Source: Candidatus Hodarchaeota archaeon (lineage in GTDB: Archaea; Asgardarchaeota; Heimdallarchaeia; Hodarchaeales; Hodarchaeaceae). From it: DNA of 56,520 nucleotides. Positions within the stretch are counted from its first letter, which is position 1. Each line of letters opens with the position of its first letter. Where the stretch lies: NCBI GenBank assembly GCA_029856365.1, contig JAHQWW010000012.1:1-56520 (forward strand). The letters are read 5' to 3'. Under the pieces are notes generated by a model. It made no database searches and was not told the origin of the DNA. It saw only the letters and a list, made by a program, of their open reading frames with translations. This document shows, in pieces, positions 30,248 to 39,327 of this stretch. The translations under genes were made by a program, and so were the position numbers.

Positions 30248-31231
30248 TTAGAATCCACGTGTCAGTTCCCACAACCGTCGTCTTCTTTCAGCCCTCTCTT
30301 TTTCAATTGCAGCCCTTCTTTCTGCTTCAGTTGTCATTGGCTCCTTTCTAACAAATTTTGGTGTGGGTTCCAACTCAACTACTCGTTTAGGTTCAGGTTT
30401 GGGTTCAGGTTCAGGTTTAGATTTAGGTTTTTGCAAAAGATCCACAGTACGGTTTGTATCAAATTTACTAAAGAAAGACTCTGTTTTTAGGTCATCAGGA
30501 GTATAAATAACTTTAGTTTCTGGGTATTGTTCTGAAATTTCTTCAAGTTTTTGTTCTGATAAAGGTGAGCTATCTGTAGCGACCATCTCTTCCTTTTTCT
30601 GATCTTCTTCTAGAATCATTTCCAGAGGACTCTTCGAAACAGATTTTTGAAAGAAAGATGCTGTTTCAATATCTGTTACTAAATCCTCTAATGTTTCTCG
30701 GATCGGAACCGAATCAGGGGTAACAGGTTCCTCCTGTATCTTTTCAATATCAATTTCATCAGGAAGTTGAGGTTGTTCTTCAAATGAATCCTCAGTTTGA
30801 GAACTAGGTGTGATTTCAGCGTAAGTCTGCTCTGATTGTTTTAAGATCTGTATTATTTCCGAAGAGTCGGGGACTTCTGGGTGTATAATTTCTGCTGTCT
30901 CTGGTACAACTTCAGGTTCTACTGATTCTGCCATCTCAGATGCAATTTCAGGTGAGATTTCAGCTTCAAATGGATATTTCTCCTCAATTTCAGGAACTTC
31001 ATACGTAGGATATTTAGTTATTGGTTTAACTGGACTTGCAGCTGTCATCTGACTTAATATGTTAAGAAAATCTCTAGCTTCTTCATCCTCAAATTCTAAA
31101 ATGAAATCCTCGCTAATGATCTCAATTTTTCGATGTTGATCTTCTCTAGCAATAACTCGTAGACAAATCCGAGACCCATCCCGATCCAAACACCATGTAA
31201 CTACATATTTATTTTGATATTCTATTTCCAA
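30248..31231 (-). CDS. Hypothetical protein: small N-terminal beta-sheet/helix domain, long acidic disordered region, charged C-terminal helix
   Basis: E/P/S-rich middle, PEPK repeats, C-terminal ERRRRLWELTRGF. N-terminal domain aligns with ORF 31255-31476. Confidence 0.75.
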   Translation of the reverse strand: MEIEYQNKYVVTWCLDRDGSRICLRVIAREDQHRKIEIISEDFILEFEDEEARDFLNILSQMTAASPVKPITKYPTYEVPEIEEKYPFEAEISPEIASEMAESVEPEVVPETAEIIHPEVPDSSEIIQILKQSEQTYAEITPSSQTEDSFEEQPQLPDEIDIEKIQEEPVTPDSVPIRETLEDLVTDIETASFFQKSVSKSPLEMILEEDQKKEEMVATDSSPLSEQKLEEISEQYPETKVIYTPDDLKTESFFSKFDTNRTVDLLQKPKSKPEPEPKPEPKRVVELEPTPKFVRKEPMTTEAERRAAIEKERAERRRRLWELTRGF

Positions 31232-31254
31232 TAAAGTTCAGCTCCTAATAAATT

Positions 31255-31476
31255 CTAAATGCTTTCTAGAAAGTCATTGAATAGCGTTATAAAGTCAGAT
31301 ATTTCCTCTTGTTCAAGAGAAAGACTTTCATTACCTTTCTCTATTACTATTCGATTTGTTCCCTTATCCTGGCTTATCATGTGGATTTCAATAGTTGTTC
31401 CAGATTTCAGCTTTAATCGTGTTATTGAATCAATTGATTTTTCAGCAAGTTTCATTTTGCTATCACCCACTGTCAC
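31255..31476 (-). CDS. Small protein paralogous to the N-terminal domain of the downstream gene (PUR/PC4-like topology)
   Basis: GTTIEIHMI..RIVI..LSLEQEEISDFITLF aligns without gaps to GSRICLRVI..KIEI..LEFEDEEARDFLNIL. Confidence 0.7.
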   Translation of the reverse strand: MTVGDSKMKLAEKSIDSITRLKLKSGTTIEIHMISQDKGTNRIVIEKGNESLSLEQEEISDFITLFNDFLESI

Positions 31477-31660
31477 TAATTCATTTCGTCTAATTTTTCA
31501 TTTTTTTCAACACAAATTATTATAAAACCCTCAGAAACCACGAGATGTCTATATTAAAAGGGAATCCTTTCTGGGTTTCATGTTCACGGAATAGTATCGT
31601 TTTTTAGTTAAAATGACATATTGTTACTTGATTAAGTAAACTATCCCTTAAAAAAGCATG

Positions 31661-32701
31661 TTATATGATCTTTCTATTAATATTATTCTCTGGTTGAAAA
31701 GGAGTTGTATTTTTTAGTTCTGGAATTATAAGGGGGTTACTTCCATTTGATAATATTACTAAACGACTAATTTTAGATTCTCTAACGATTTTATAATTTG
31801 TTAATTTTACTAACTCTTGAGTAAAGGAGTAAATGCTATCATGGGATGGCATAACAGATCTAGGGAGCCTCTTTTCCGCAGCACCCACATGAACAACACC
31901 TTTGACCTCAATAAAGGATGGATTCATTGTTTCAATCATTTGGGCATAGCCTTGGGGATCTATGAGATTGAGTCCCTCAGCAACTGTTAAACGAGCAACA
32001 GTACGAAAAGGAACTCCTTTCCCAATCATGAAGAGTGTTTCCCAAATTTTCTTTAAAGCCAAATCTTTTTCTAAAGGACGATGTGTGCGAATAAAATTCT
32101 TAATCCCTGGAGCTGGAAGGGTAATGTAAAGTTGAGTTGGATATATTTTGGTGTCTAAAATGGATTGTAGTGTTTCAGGCACGCTACCATTAGTAACGAT
32201 AAAAACTGTCATGTTTCGCTCTCTTAATTCCTGAATTAATTCTGGAATCCACGGATAAAGAAAGGGTTCTCCTGTTAAACTCATCGTAGCGTGTTTAGGG
32301 TCCATAGCCTCCTTATATTTCTTATCATCAATATAGGGTTTATATCCACAGATAATCTTACGTTGGCCTATTAAGATACCTTTAACAACCTCCTTAGGTG
32401 AATCAAAGACTTCTCGTAATTTCTGGGAATTTGTAGCATCATAATCCTTGTACATGTTTCTTAAACCGAGATCAGATTCATGAATACGCCAGCAAAACAG
32501 ACAAGAAAAGTTGCATATTAGTGTGGGGGAGAATTGAACACATCGATGGGATTGAATTCCATAAAAACGTTTAAAACAGAAACGATCCTCCCTTAAAGCA
32601 TTATGCGTCCAAGTACACTTCTTGACAGCAGTATTTTTCCCATAAAGTTGATACTTTTGTTTCTTAAGAAGTGCTTGCATTTTATTTGGAGCAAATGACA
32701 T
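31661..32701 (-). CDS. taw1: 4-demethylwyosine synthase TYW1/Taw1 (radical SAM)
   Basis: AVKKCTW, CFKRFYGIQSHRC, CNFSCLFCWR, SLTGEP and FIEVKG. Confidence 0.95.
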   Translation of the reverse strand: MSFAPNKMQALLKKQKYQLYGKNTAVKKCTWTHNALREDRFCFKRFYGIQSHRCVQFSPTLICNFSCLFCWRIHESDLGLRNMYKDYDATNSQKLREVFDSPKEVVKGILIGQRKIICGYKPYIDDKKYKEAMDPKHATMSLTGEPFLYPWIPELIQELRERNMTVFIVTNGSVPETLQSILDTKIYPTQLYITLPAPGIKNFIRTHRPLEKDLALKKIWETLFMIGKGVPFRTVARLTVAEGLNLIDPQGYAQMIETMNPSFIEVKGVVHVGAAEKRLPRSVMPSHDSIYSFTQELVKLTNYKIVRESKISRLVILSNGSNPLIIPELKNTTPFQPENNINRKII

Positions 32702-32903
32702 GAATAAACCCCTTTAGAGAGAGGTTAAATTAGTTATTCGGAATAGTGGTCGTTGGCAATAGGAACTGGTCATGTCTCAAACTTACAAAGAACCCAAAAG
32801 TTTTCAAGAATGACATCTTTCTTGAAGTAAATACAGTCAATAATCAGAAAATTCTCAAGAACGACCCCATTCTCGAGATAAATCCCTAAATGAGATTTCA
32901 ACA

Positions 32904-33236
32904 TTGGAAATTAATCCCCTCAAGAAATTAGAAAAGGAATATTCTCTCCTGATAATGCAATATCTCCATTTAAATCCCAATGGTAGAACATTTGAACAGA
33001 TTTGTTCATCTATAGAACACCAAGCCTCTCCAAGTAAAGTGAAGTCTCGGTTGGAAACACTTCTTGACCTTGATTTAATCTTCAAAGTTCAAGGGAAAGA
33101 ATCACTTGAGGTTCTCTATGCTTTGACTGAACGTGGACGATGTGCAAGTGAAGTCGTATGGGATCTTTTCAGAATAATCTTAAATCCACGCGACGAGAAT
33201 AGGAATGGTAGTAATCTCCTTGATTTCTATAAATAA
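32904..33236 (+). CDS. Winged-helix DNA-binding protein (HxlR/MarR-like)
   Basis: RTFEQI..SRLETLLDLDLIFK..YALTERG. Confidence 0.7.
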   Translation: MEINPLKKLEKEYSLLIMQYLHLNPNGRTFEQICSSIEHQASPSKVKSRLETLLDLDLIFKVQGKESLEVLYALTERGRCASEVVWDLFRIILNPRDENRNGSNLLDFYK

Positions 33237-33343
33237 ATGTTGATGGTCTCATTTTAAAATCTTCCACTTTATTTAAAGGTCATATCACTAGAGTGATCAT
33301 GGAGTTAATTTACTCTCGTTAGGAAGGAATCATCTTTTCAAAA

Positions 33344-34810
33344 CTAAGTTTTTGGAAGTAAAATGGTGACTATAGTTCCTTTTTTCCTCCCTGGTGACAT
33401 GATCTTTATTGTGCCCCCATGAATAGATTCAACAATTTTATGCACTATTGATAGTCCTAACCCAGTCGAAGTTGAACCTGGCTCGAAACGGGCAAATGGT
33501 TCGAATACTCGTTTTAAATTCTTCTCATTGAATCCAAATCCGTTGTCCTTTATAGTAATTTTAATGGTCTTGTTACCCTTAATGGTTTGTTCTTCAGCAA
33601 ACAGTTCAATTTTCCCTTTCTTTTGAGGCGAGTATTTTACCGCGTTATCCAACACATTTTGCAAAACTCGTAACAAAAGTTCACGATTACCAACCATCTC
33701 TAATGAATCAGGAGTATAAATCTGCATCTCCTGATCCTTATGAATCATCTGTGGTAAGATCAACATTTTGGCGTCATGTATTATCTCGATTAAATCAAAA
33801 GTTTCTCGTTGAGTGACATAATCAGATTGATCATATCTCTCGTATTCCATAATGCTCTCTACCATTCGTGAGAGTCTCTTTGAGTTAGATACTATCATTT
33901 CCAGGTGTTTTTTCATCTCTGGAGTTACTTCCCCAGCTAATCCGTCTCTTAATATTTCAGCAAAGCCCTGAATCGCTGCTATAGGAGATTTTAAGTCATG
34001 ACTAACAGTTGAAAGCATCTGAGTTTTTTCATCATATCTTTGTTTGAGATCTCTATAATGTGATAAGGAAACTAAATCTGCTGGAACGCTTCCACGAGGT
34101 GTACCGTCAAGATCACTATCCATTTCTAGGAAAGTGGCTAAAGAAGACTCAAGAACATTGTTATGTGTAGTAAGTATAAATAATTCCTTATTTAAACGAT
34201 CTTGTTCAAGTGAACTCTTCTCTAGCTCCTCCATTAGGAGTTGAACAGGTTGATAAAGGTCTCGTAAGTTTGTGGGAAATTTGCCGCCAACTTTAGAATC
34301 ATAATAGAAATTAGGGTGAATTTGAGAATTTGTCAAGCATAAAAAAGGATAATTTAAGGCTAGTTGGTTTACCAACTTTTTTTCAATTTTTTTTTCAAGA
34401 AAAAGAGAGAAAATAGAATATTTTTCTATGTTATAATTGATAATCTTGTTCTCAAATGAAGATTCAATAAAATCAACAAAGCTTTTCGTTACATTTAAGT
34501 TTGTAAAATCAAGAAAGAAGTTTTGACGAATGGATGTTTTTGGAAACTCAGTAAAAAAATTATTCAATTGAGTTACAAATTCATTCTTTTTCCATTTAGC
34601 TGTAACCTTGATCGGAACCTTGATCGTTATAATTTTAAATCCATTTGTTAAAGAAGAATGTAATTTTGTGGAAGGTTTTTTTGAAGTTGAAAAACTGATT
34701 AGATGACGCTGAGCTTCAGTTTGAGCCAAAGCTGTATTCAAAAATGACTCAAAGTCATGTTGCTTCTCACAGAGGCAGAATACTCTAAAATTTTTCCCTA
34801 TTTTCTTCAT
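33344..34810 (-). CDS. Cytoplasmic sensor histidine kinase (degenerate MEDS-like N-terminus, coiled coil, HisKA, HATPase)
   Basis: H-box SHDLKSP, N-box NVLDNAVKYS, DNGFG and GLGLSI. The N-terminal part ends in HPNFYY as in MEDS domains. No TM. The ORF track starts at 34855. Confidence 0.9.
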   Translation of the reverse strand: MKKIGKNFRVFCLCEKQHDFESFLNTALAQTEAQRHLISFSTSKKPSTKLHSSLTNGFKIITIKVPIKVTAKWKKNEFVTQLNNFFTEFPKTSIRQNFFLDFTNLNVTKSFVDFIESSFENKIINYNIEKYSIFSLFLEKKIEKKLVNQLALNYPFLCLTNSQIHPNFYYDSKVGGKFPTNLRDLYQPVQLLMEELEKSSLEQDRLNKELFILTTHNNVLESSLATFLEMDSDLDGTPRGSVPADLVSLSHYRDLKQRYDEKTQMLSTVSHDLKSPIAAIQGFAEILRDGLAGEVTPEMKKHLEMIVSNSKRLSRMVESIMEYERYDQSDYVTQRETFDLIEIIHDAKMLILPQMIHKDQEMQIYTPDSLEMVGNRELLLRVLQNVLDNAVKYSPQKKGKIELFAEEQTIKGNKTIKITIKDNGFGFNEKNLKRVFEPFARFEPGSTSTGLGLSIVHKIVESIHGGTIKIMSPGRKKGTIVTILLPKT

Positions 34811-34871
34811 TGAAAGACCCCAATAAATCACAAAACAATTTTCAGTTGTCAGCAACTAATAAAACATATTT

Positions 34872-35402
34872 TTATATCTTTTCTGGTAAATAATCTTCTA
34901 GCAACTTCTCCAATTGAGAAAAATCAAGAAGTTTCTTCAAGTTTAATATAGGATATGTCTTAGAATTGATCTCGATATATGAATTTATTTGAAAGCAATT
35001 CAGCTCAGATGAGATGAGAATTTCTGAATTCGTCTCTCCTTCAGAAGTTTCATCTGGATAAAAACCTATAATTGCATCTATACCCAACCCTATAGTCATT
35101 GTATTAGAATCGAGGCTTGTCTCCTCTGAACTGCTTAGAAAAAGAATTCTGGATTGTAATGTTGCAACAAAAACTGATTTCGGACAATGAAGATACTTTT
35201 TCAAATTAATAATAGGGATGATTTTAGTATGAATGTAATAATTTCCCAAGTAGAATTCTGATCTCTTTCTTTCTTGAAATTTATTGTTGAATTCCCCTAT
35301 TCCATCAATTTGCCTAACTGAAACTGAAAATTCATTTGAATCCAATTTAACGATTAAATAAGCCTTTTTTTTATTGAATGATTTTACATCAAGTGAAACC
35401 AT
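34872..35402 (-). CDS. CheW-like domain protein (divergent)
   Basis: FSVSVRQIDGI, IIPIINLKKYL, IGLGIDAIIG and PILNLKKLL match the CheW pattern. Confidence 0.7.
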   Translation of the reverse strand: MVSLDVKSFNKKKAYLIVKLDSNEFSVSVRQIDGIGEFNNKFQERKRSEFYLGNYYIHTKIIPIINLKKYLHCPKSVFVATLQSRILFLSSSEETSLDSNTMTIGLGIDAIIGFYPDETSEGETNSEILISSELNCFQINSYIEINSKTYPILNLKKLLDFSQLEKLLEDYLPEKI

Positions 35403-35486
35403 TAATGGTTCCCTTATCCTGGGCTTCTGTTACTTGATCTTCTCTAAATTGCTTTTGGGAATTTATTCATTGCTAAAAAGAGTAAT

Positions 35487-36005
35487 TCACTCGAATATAT
35501 ATGGTTCTCCAAGCTTGTTATGATTACTTAATTCCGCTAAGGTTCTCTTATACCCTTGTGAACCCTCATCTGAAGTTTTTCCAACAGGGATCAGACCCAT
35601 CACTGTCAAGCGACTATCCATTACGCCTAGAAGTCTAGCAATAGTATCATGGTCAAAATCTACAATGAAATTACAACCCAAATTATTAGCAGTCGCAGCC
35701 ATCATTAATTGTGAACTTGATATAATAGCATCAATAATATTAACATCATCATCTTCTTCTTCAACAACTACAACAGCAAAAATTGCAGCAGCGTCTTTCA
35801 TCCACTTAAATCCCTCCGTTTTTGCCGCAACTTCCTGTATTAAATCTGAATCAATAATAATGAAAGTATAATTTTGAATGTCAGATAAAGTGGGAGCTAA
35901 TTGAGCACACGCTAATAGCTGTTTAATTTGTTCAGAAGTTAATGACTGATCCGGTTGAAACTCTTTGAACCGCTTATTCCTGATAATAACTTCAAAAAAC
36001 TCCAT
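35487..36005 (-). CDS. Nitroreductase-family protein
   Basis: MEFFEVI..RFKEF, AQLAPT..Q, LMMAATANNLG and IPVG. Confidence 0.88.
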   Translation of the reverse strand: MEFFEVIIRNKRFKEFQPDQSLTSEQIKQLLACAQLAPTLSDIQNYTFIIIDSDLIQEVAAKTEGFKWMKDAAAIFAVVVVEEEDDDVNIIDAIISSSQLMMAATANNLGCNFIVDFDHDTIARLLGVMDSRLTVMGLIPVGKTSDEGSQGYKRTLAELSNHNKLGEPYIFE

Positions 36006-36128
36006 ATCAAAAAATTCCTTGTATTAAGGGCTTACAAATTGTCAATTAAAACATTATGAGATTTAAGGGACAACCTCTTAAAAATAGTCTGTATCTTCCT
36101 AATATGAAAGTAACACTAAATTAACATT

Positions 36129-37103
36129 TTGTATTATTCACTTTCAGCTCTATTTCATCTTCCCTTAATCCTTTGGGAGACAATGAATATAAAAACCCAG
36201 AGTGGGCTGATTTTTTTGGCTACTCACAAAGATCAATTAAAATTGCATTATACACAGCGAAGAAATCTGATTGAAGAAATTAAAATAATGCGAAAAGAAC
36301 TTCAAAAGGAACAAAAACTAACTACACGTTTTAGAAAACAACGAGATAAATTTAAGGCAGAACGGCAATCTCTTCTTGCAAAAGCCGCCCCAGAGATCGA
36401 ATCCCGAGATTCACAAAAAGATTTACTTGAGAAACTAAAAAAGAGGAGAGGATTTCTCCGTCGGCAAGCTCAGCGAGCTGAAGGACCAGTATTCAAGATT
36501 CTAACTCCGACACAACTAGATCAGCTTACCTCAGTAGAGTTGAAATTTCACTTGTACGAGTTAGAGTTCAATCAACAAACCAGTTCCCTTTCGCGTGAAG
36601 ATGAAGAAATTCTCATTGAAGAGATTCAGCGGGTCGAAGAAAGAATTGCATTCCTAGAAAAAAGGAATGAGGCTATAGTAGCTGACTATTTAGGAAATGT
36701 GCCTGAAACAAAAGAAAAAATAGAACAAGAAATTGCTGAAATTGACCAAAAAATTTCACAAGAAGAAGCTGGCCGAATGGAGATTAGTGAAAAAGTCCAA
36801 CAGATGTACATTCGCATCAAACCGCTGAAAGAGGAAGAAGATAAAGCTCATGAAGATTTCGTGAAACATCTTCAGCGAATAGAAGAATTAAGAGTTGAAA
36901 TCCAAGCAAAACAGGAAGAACTTGACGCTTTGAAAGGAAAAATTGCCAATGTTAAAAAATTAATTGCAGATGAGACATATAAGCAAGTATTTGGGGAGAT
37001 TGAAGAAAAAATTGGCGCACTTCTCAAAAAACGTGATGAAGGGGAGGAGCTTACCCCTGAAGAACAGGAATTTCTAATGAGCTATGGTCATGTACCATTC
37101 TGA
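36129..37103 (+). CDS. Archaeal long coiled-coil protein (COG1340-like)
   Basis: LEFNQQTSSLSREDEE, ADKAHE-like EDKAHE and C-terminal GEELTPEE. True start uncertain. Confidence 0.75.
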   Translation: MYYSLSALFHLPLILWETMNIKTQSGLIFLATHKDQLKLHYTQRRNLIEEIKIMRKELQKEQKLTTRFRKQRDKFKAERQSLLAKAAPEIESRDSQKDLLEKLKKRRGFLRRQAQRAEGPVFKILTPTQLDQLTSVELKFHLYELEFNQQTSSLSREDEEILIEEIQRVEERIAFLEKRNEAIVADYLGNVPETKEKIEQEIAEIDQKISQEEAGRMEISEKVQQMYIRIKPLKEEEDKAHEDFVKHLQRIEELRVEIQAKQEELDALKGKIANVKKLIADETYKQVFGEIEEKIGALLKKRDEGEELTPEEQEFLMSYGHVPF

Positions 37104-37196
37104 AAATAAAATTGAAAATAAACCTCATTTTCTATCAATTATTTCATTTAACTTATCGAATAATAACGATTAAGAAACAGAAAATTAAAAATAAGA

Positions 37197-38435
37197 ATGA
37201 TTCTGATATTAATCGTGACCCCTTTGGGGATTGACCATTTGAATTTAAAACATTTAGAATACTACGATGAATTCTTCACATGCGCATACTGTGCTTATTG
37301 CGTTAATAATAACGCAGCATGCCCAACTTTTCTCTCAGTTCGGCACGAAATTGTGACTGGGAGAGGAAAAATGATAACAGCACGAAACCTCGCACAGGGG
37401 TTACTGAGAAAAGAAGAAGGCTTGAATGCTTTAGCTGAAGGTTTGTTTCAATGCACATTTTGTGGCGCATGCGAACAAGAATGTGTTGTAGACATTCCAT
37501 TAATGGAGGTTTATACTGAATTAAAAGGCTTATTACAGGATCGCTTACCTGTTGAAACTAGGAAAATCTTTCAGAACTTATCCAGTAAGTTCAATATATA
37601 TGGAATGGATCAGGCTGATCGGAACTTCTGGAATTTTGACGTTGAGGATATTTATGAAAGGATGGTAAACAAACCTGAAGAAGTTGGGTATTTCATTGGT
37701 TGTGTAGCATCATACATGGGGCGAGCTGCGGGAGCACCTGTAGCGATTCTAAAACTTGTAAGTCATGCAAACGAAAAAATCTCAATTTTTTCTCCAACAG
37801 AGAACTGTTGTGGAAATCCCTATTTATTAGGAGGATGTCAAGAGAAAGCTAAAGAACTTGCTAAACAAAATGTTGCTGAAATCAAAAAGTTAGGAATTAA
37901 AACACTTTTTGTTTCATGTGCTGGTTGTTACCGCGTCTTTAGCCAAGAATATCCTAAATTATTGGGGGAAGAGTTACCATTCAAGGTAATAACTCATATG
38001 GAATACATTTTGGGATTAATTAAAGAAGAAAAACTCAACTTATTAAGTCTTACTCCAATTAAGGTCTCATATAAAGATCCTTGCGAGTTAGGCCGCCACT
38101 GTGGTGTGTATGACATTCCCCGAGAATTAATCGACTCTCTTCCAGGGGTGGAAAATCTAGAATTACCTGACAATCGTGAAAATGCTCTTTGTTGTGGAGC
38201 AGGAGGGCTAGTCAAAGCAAATTACCCAAATATAGCAAAAGATGTTTCGTTTAAGCTTATTCAACAAATGGAAGAAACAGGAACAGAATTATGTCTTAAT
38301 GCCTGCCCTTCTTGCCAATTAAATATTGATCAATTTCTTCAAGAACAGCATTCAACAATTTTATCCATTGATATTTCTCAGTTAGTTCATAGATTATCAC
38401 AGAATTATATCAATTCTTTGGCAATTAATCAATAA
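37197..38435 (+). CDS. (Fe-S)-binding CCG-domain oxidoreductase (HdrD/GlpC-like)
   Basis: Two 4Fe-4S motifs plus two CCG domains (ENCCGNP, CAGC, DPCELGR, LCCGAGG, ACPSC). Confidence 0.9.
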   Translation: MILILIVTPLGIDHLNLKHLEYYDEFFTCAYCAYCVNNNAACPTFLSVRHEIVTGRGKMITARNLAQGLLRKEEGLNALAEGLFQCTFCGACEQECVVDIPLMEVYTELKGLLQDRLPVETRKIFQNLSSKFNIYGMDQADRNFWNFDVEDIYERMVNKPEEVGYFIGCVASYMGRAAGAPVAILKLVSHANEKISIFSPTENCCGNPYLLGGCQEKAKELAKQNVAEIKKLGIKTLFVSCAGCYRVFSQEYPKLLGEELPFKVITHMEYILGLIKEEKLNLLSLTPIKVSYKDPCELGRHCGVYDIPRELIDSLPGVENLELPDNRENALCCGAGGLVKANYPNIAKDVSFKLIQQMEETGTELCLNACPSCQLNIDQFLQEQHSTILSIDISQLVHRLSQNYINSLAINQ

Positions 38436-38455
38436 GGGATAGGAGCGTTCTTTAT

Positions 38456-39289
38456 TTGAAGTCATCTCACTTAAGAATTACGACTCTTCAACCAGATTTA
38501 AAAATTGATGAGTTTAATAATAACCTAAACCAGTATCAAAATCTTTTCACTGAATTTTCTACCACTCTTAATATTTCAGATGTGATTTGTTTCCCTGAAT
38601 ATTGGAATGGGATGAGAAAGGGAAGTTATACGGAAACTGTGCATGAGACATCCTTAGATTTTTTAAAAGAAGTAGCTATTCATTATTCAACATGTGTAAT
38701 TGGTGGGAGTCACTTAGTTAATGATGAGGATTCTTATTTTAACAGAGCGCATATTTTTGATCCATCAGGCCATTTAATTGGAACATATGATAAACGTCAT
38801 CCTTTTGGATATGAACAACTTCAAGAAATAACTCCGGGGGATAAGGACTTTATTTGGCAAATAAATGACTGGAAAGCAACAATTCGGATTTGCAGTGATC
38901 TGTGGAATATTAACGATTATTCCTCATTAATCAATAAAGATTTTGACATCATTTTTTCCCCAATCTTGACTACTATCCCCGATCGTTCCTTTACTAACTA
39001 TGGTCGGTTCATGTGGCATCATTTAGCAATAATTCGGGGAAAAGAAGCAGCGGCGGCTGTCATTGTTAGTGACACAGCTATGCAAGTCATTCGCGACCCA
39101 TATTGGTCTGCTGGAGCTAGCTGCATTGTTGACCCCTCGTGGCGCTTTACAAATGAGGAACCAATAGGAAAGAATATATTATCTTCGATTCCAGATGGTA
39201 GCAAGGGAGTAGTTACAGTAACCTTAGATTTAGACAAAATTCGTCAACAACGGCAATATCGAAAAGATATGGGATTACTCTTATCCTAA
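38456..39289 (+). CDS. Carbon-nitrogen hydrolase family protein
   Basis: FPEYW, YDKRHPF and ICSDL triad. Confidence 0.88.
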   Translation: MKSSHLRITTLQPDLKIDEFNNNLNQYQNLFTEFSTTLNISDVICFPEYWNGMRKGSYTETVHETSLDFLKEVAIHYSTCVIGGSHLVNDEDSYFNRAHIFDPSGHLIGTYDKRHPFGYEQLQEITPGDKDFIWQINDWKATIRICSDLWNINDYSSLINKDFDIIFSPILTTIPDRSFTNYGRFMWHHLAIIRGKEAAAAVIVSDTAMQVIRDPYWSAGASCIVDPSWRFTNEEPIGKNILSSIPDGSKGVVTVTLDLDKIRQQRQYRKDMGLLLS

Positions 39290-39327
39290 CGGAGAATATC
39301 AAAAAAAGAAAGAAAGGAGGGGGATTT

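Noticed and set aside
31525-31578. Imperfect inverted repeat between taw1 and the PUR-like pair
   Set aside because: Short, bulged and AT-rich; plausible by chance.
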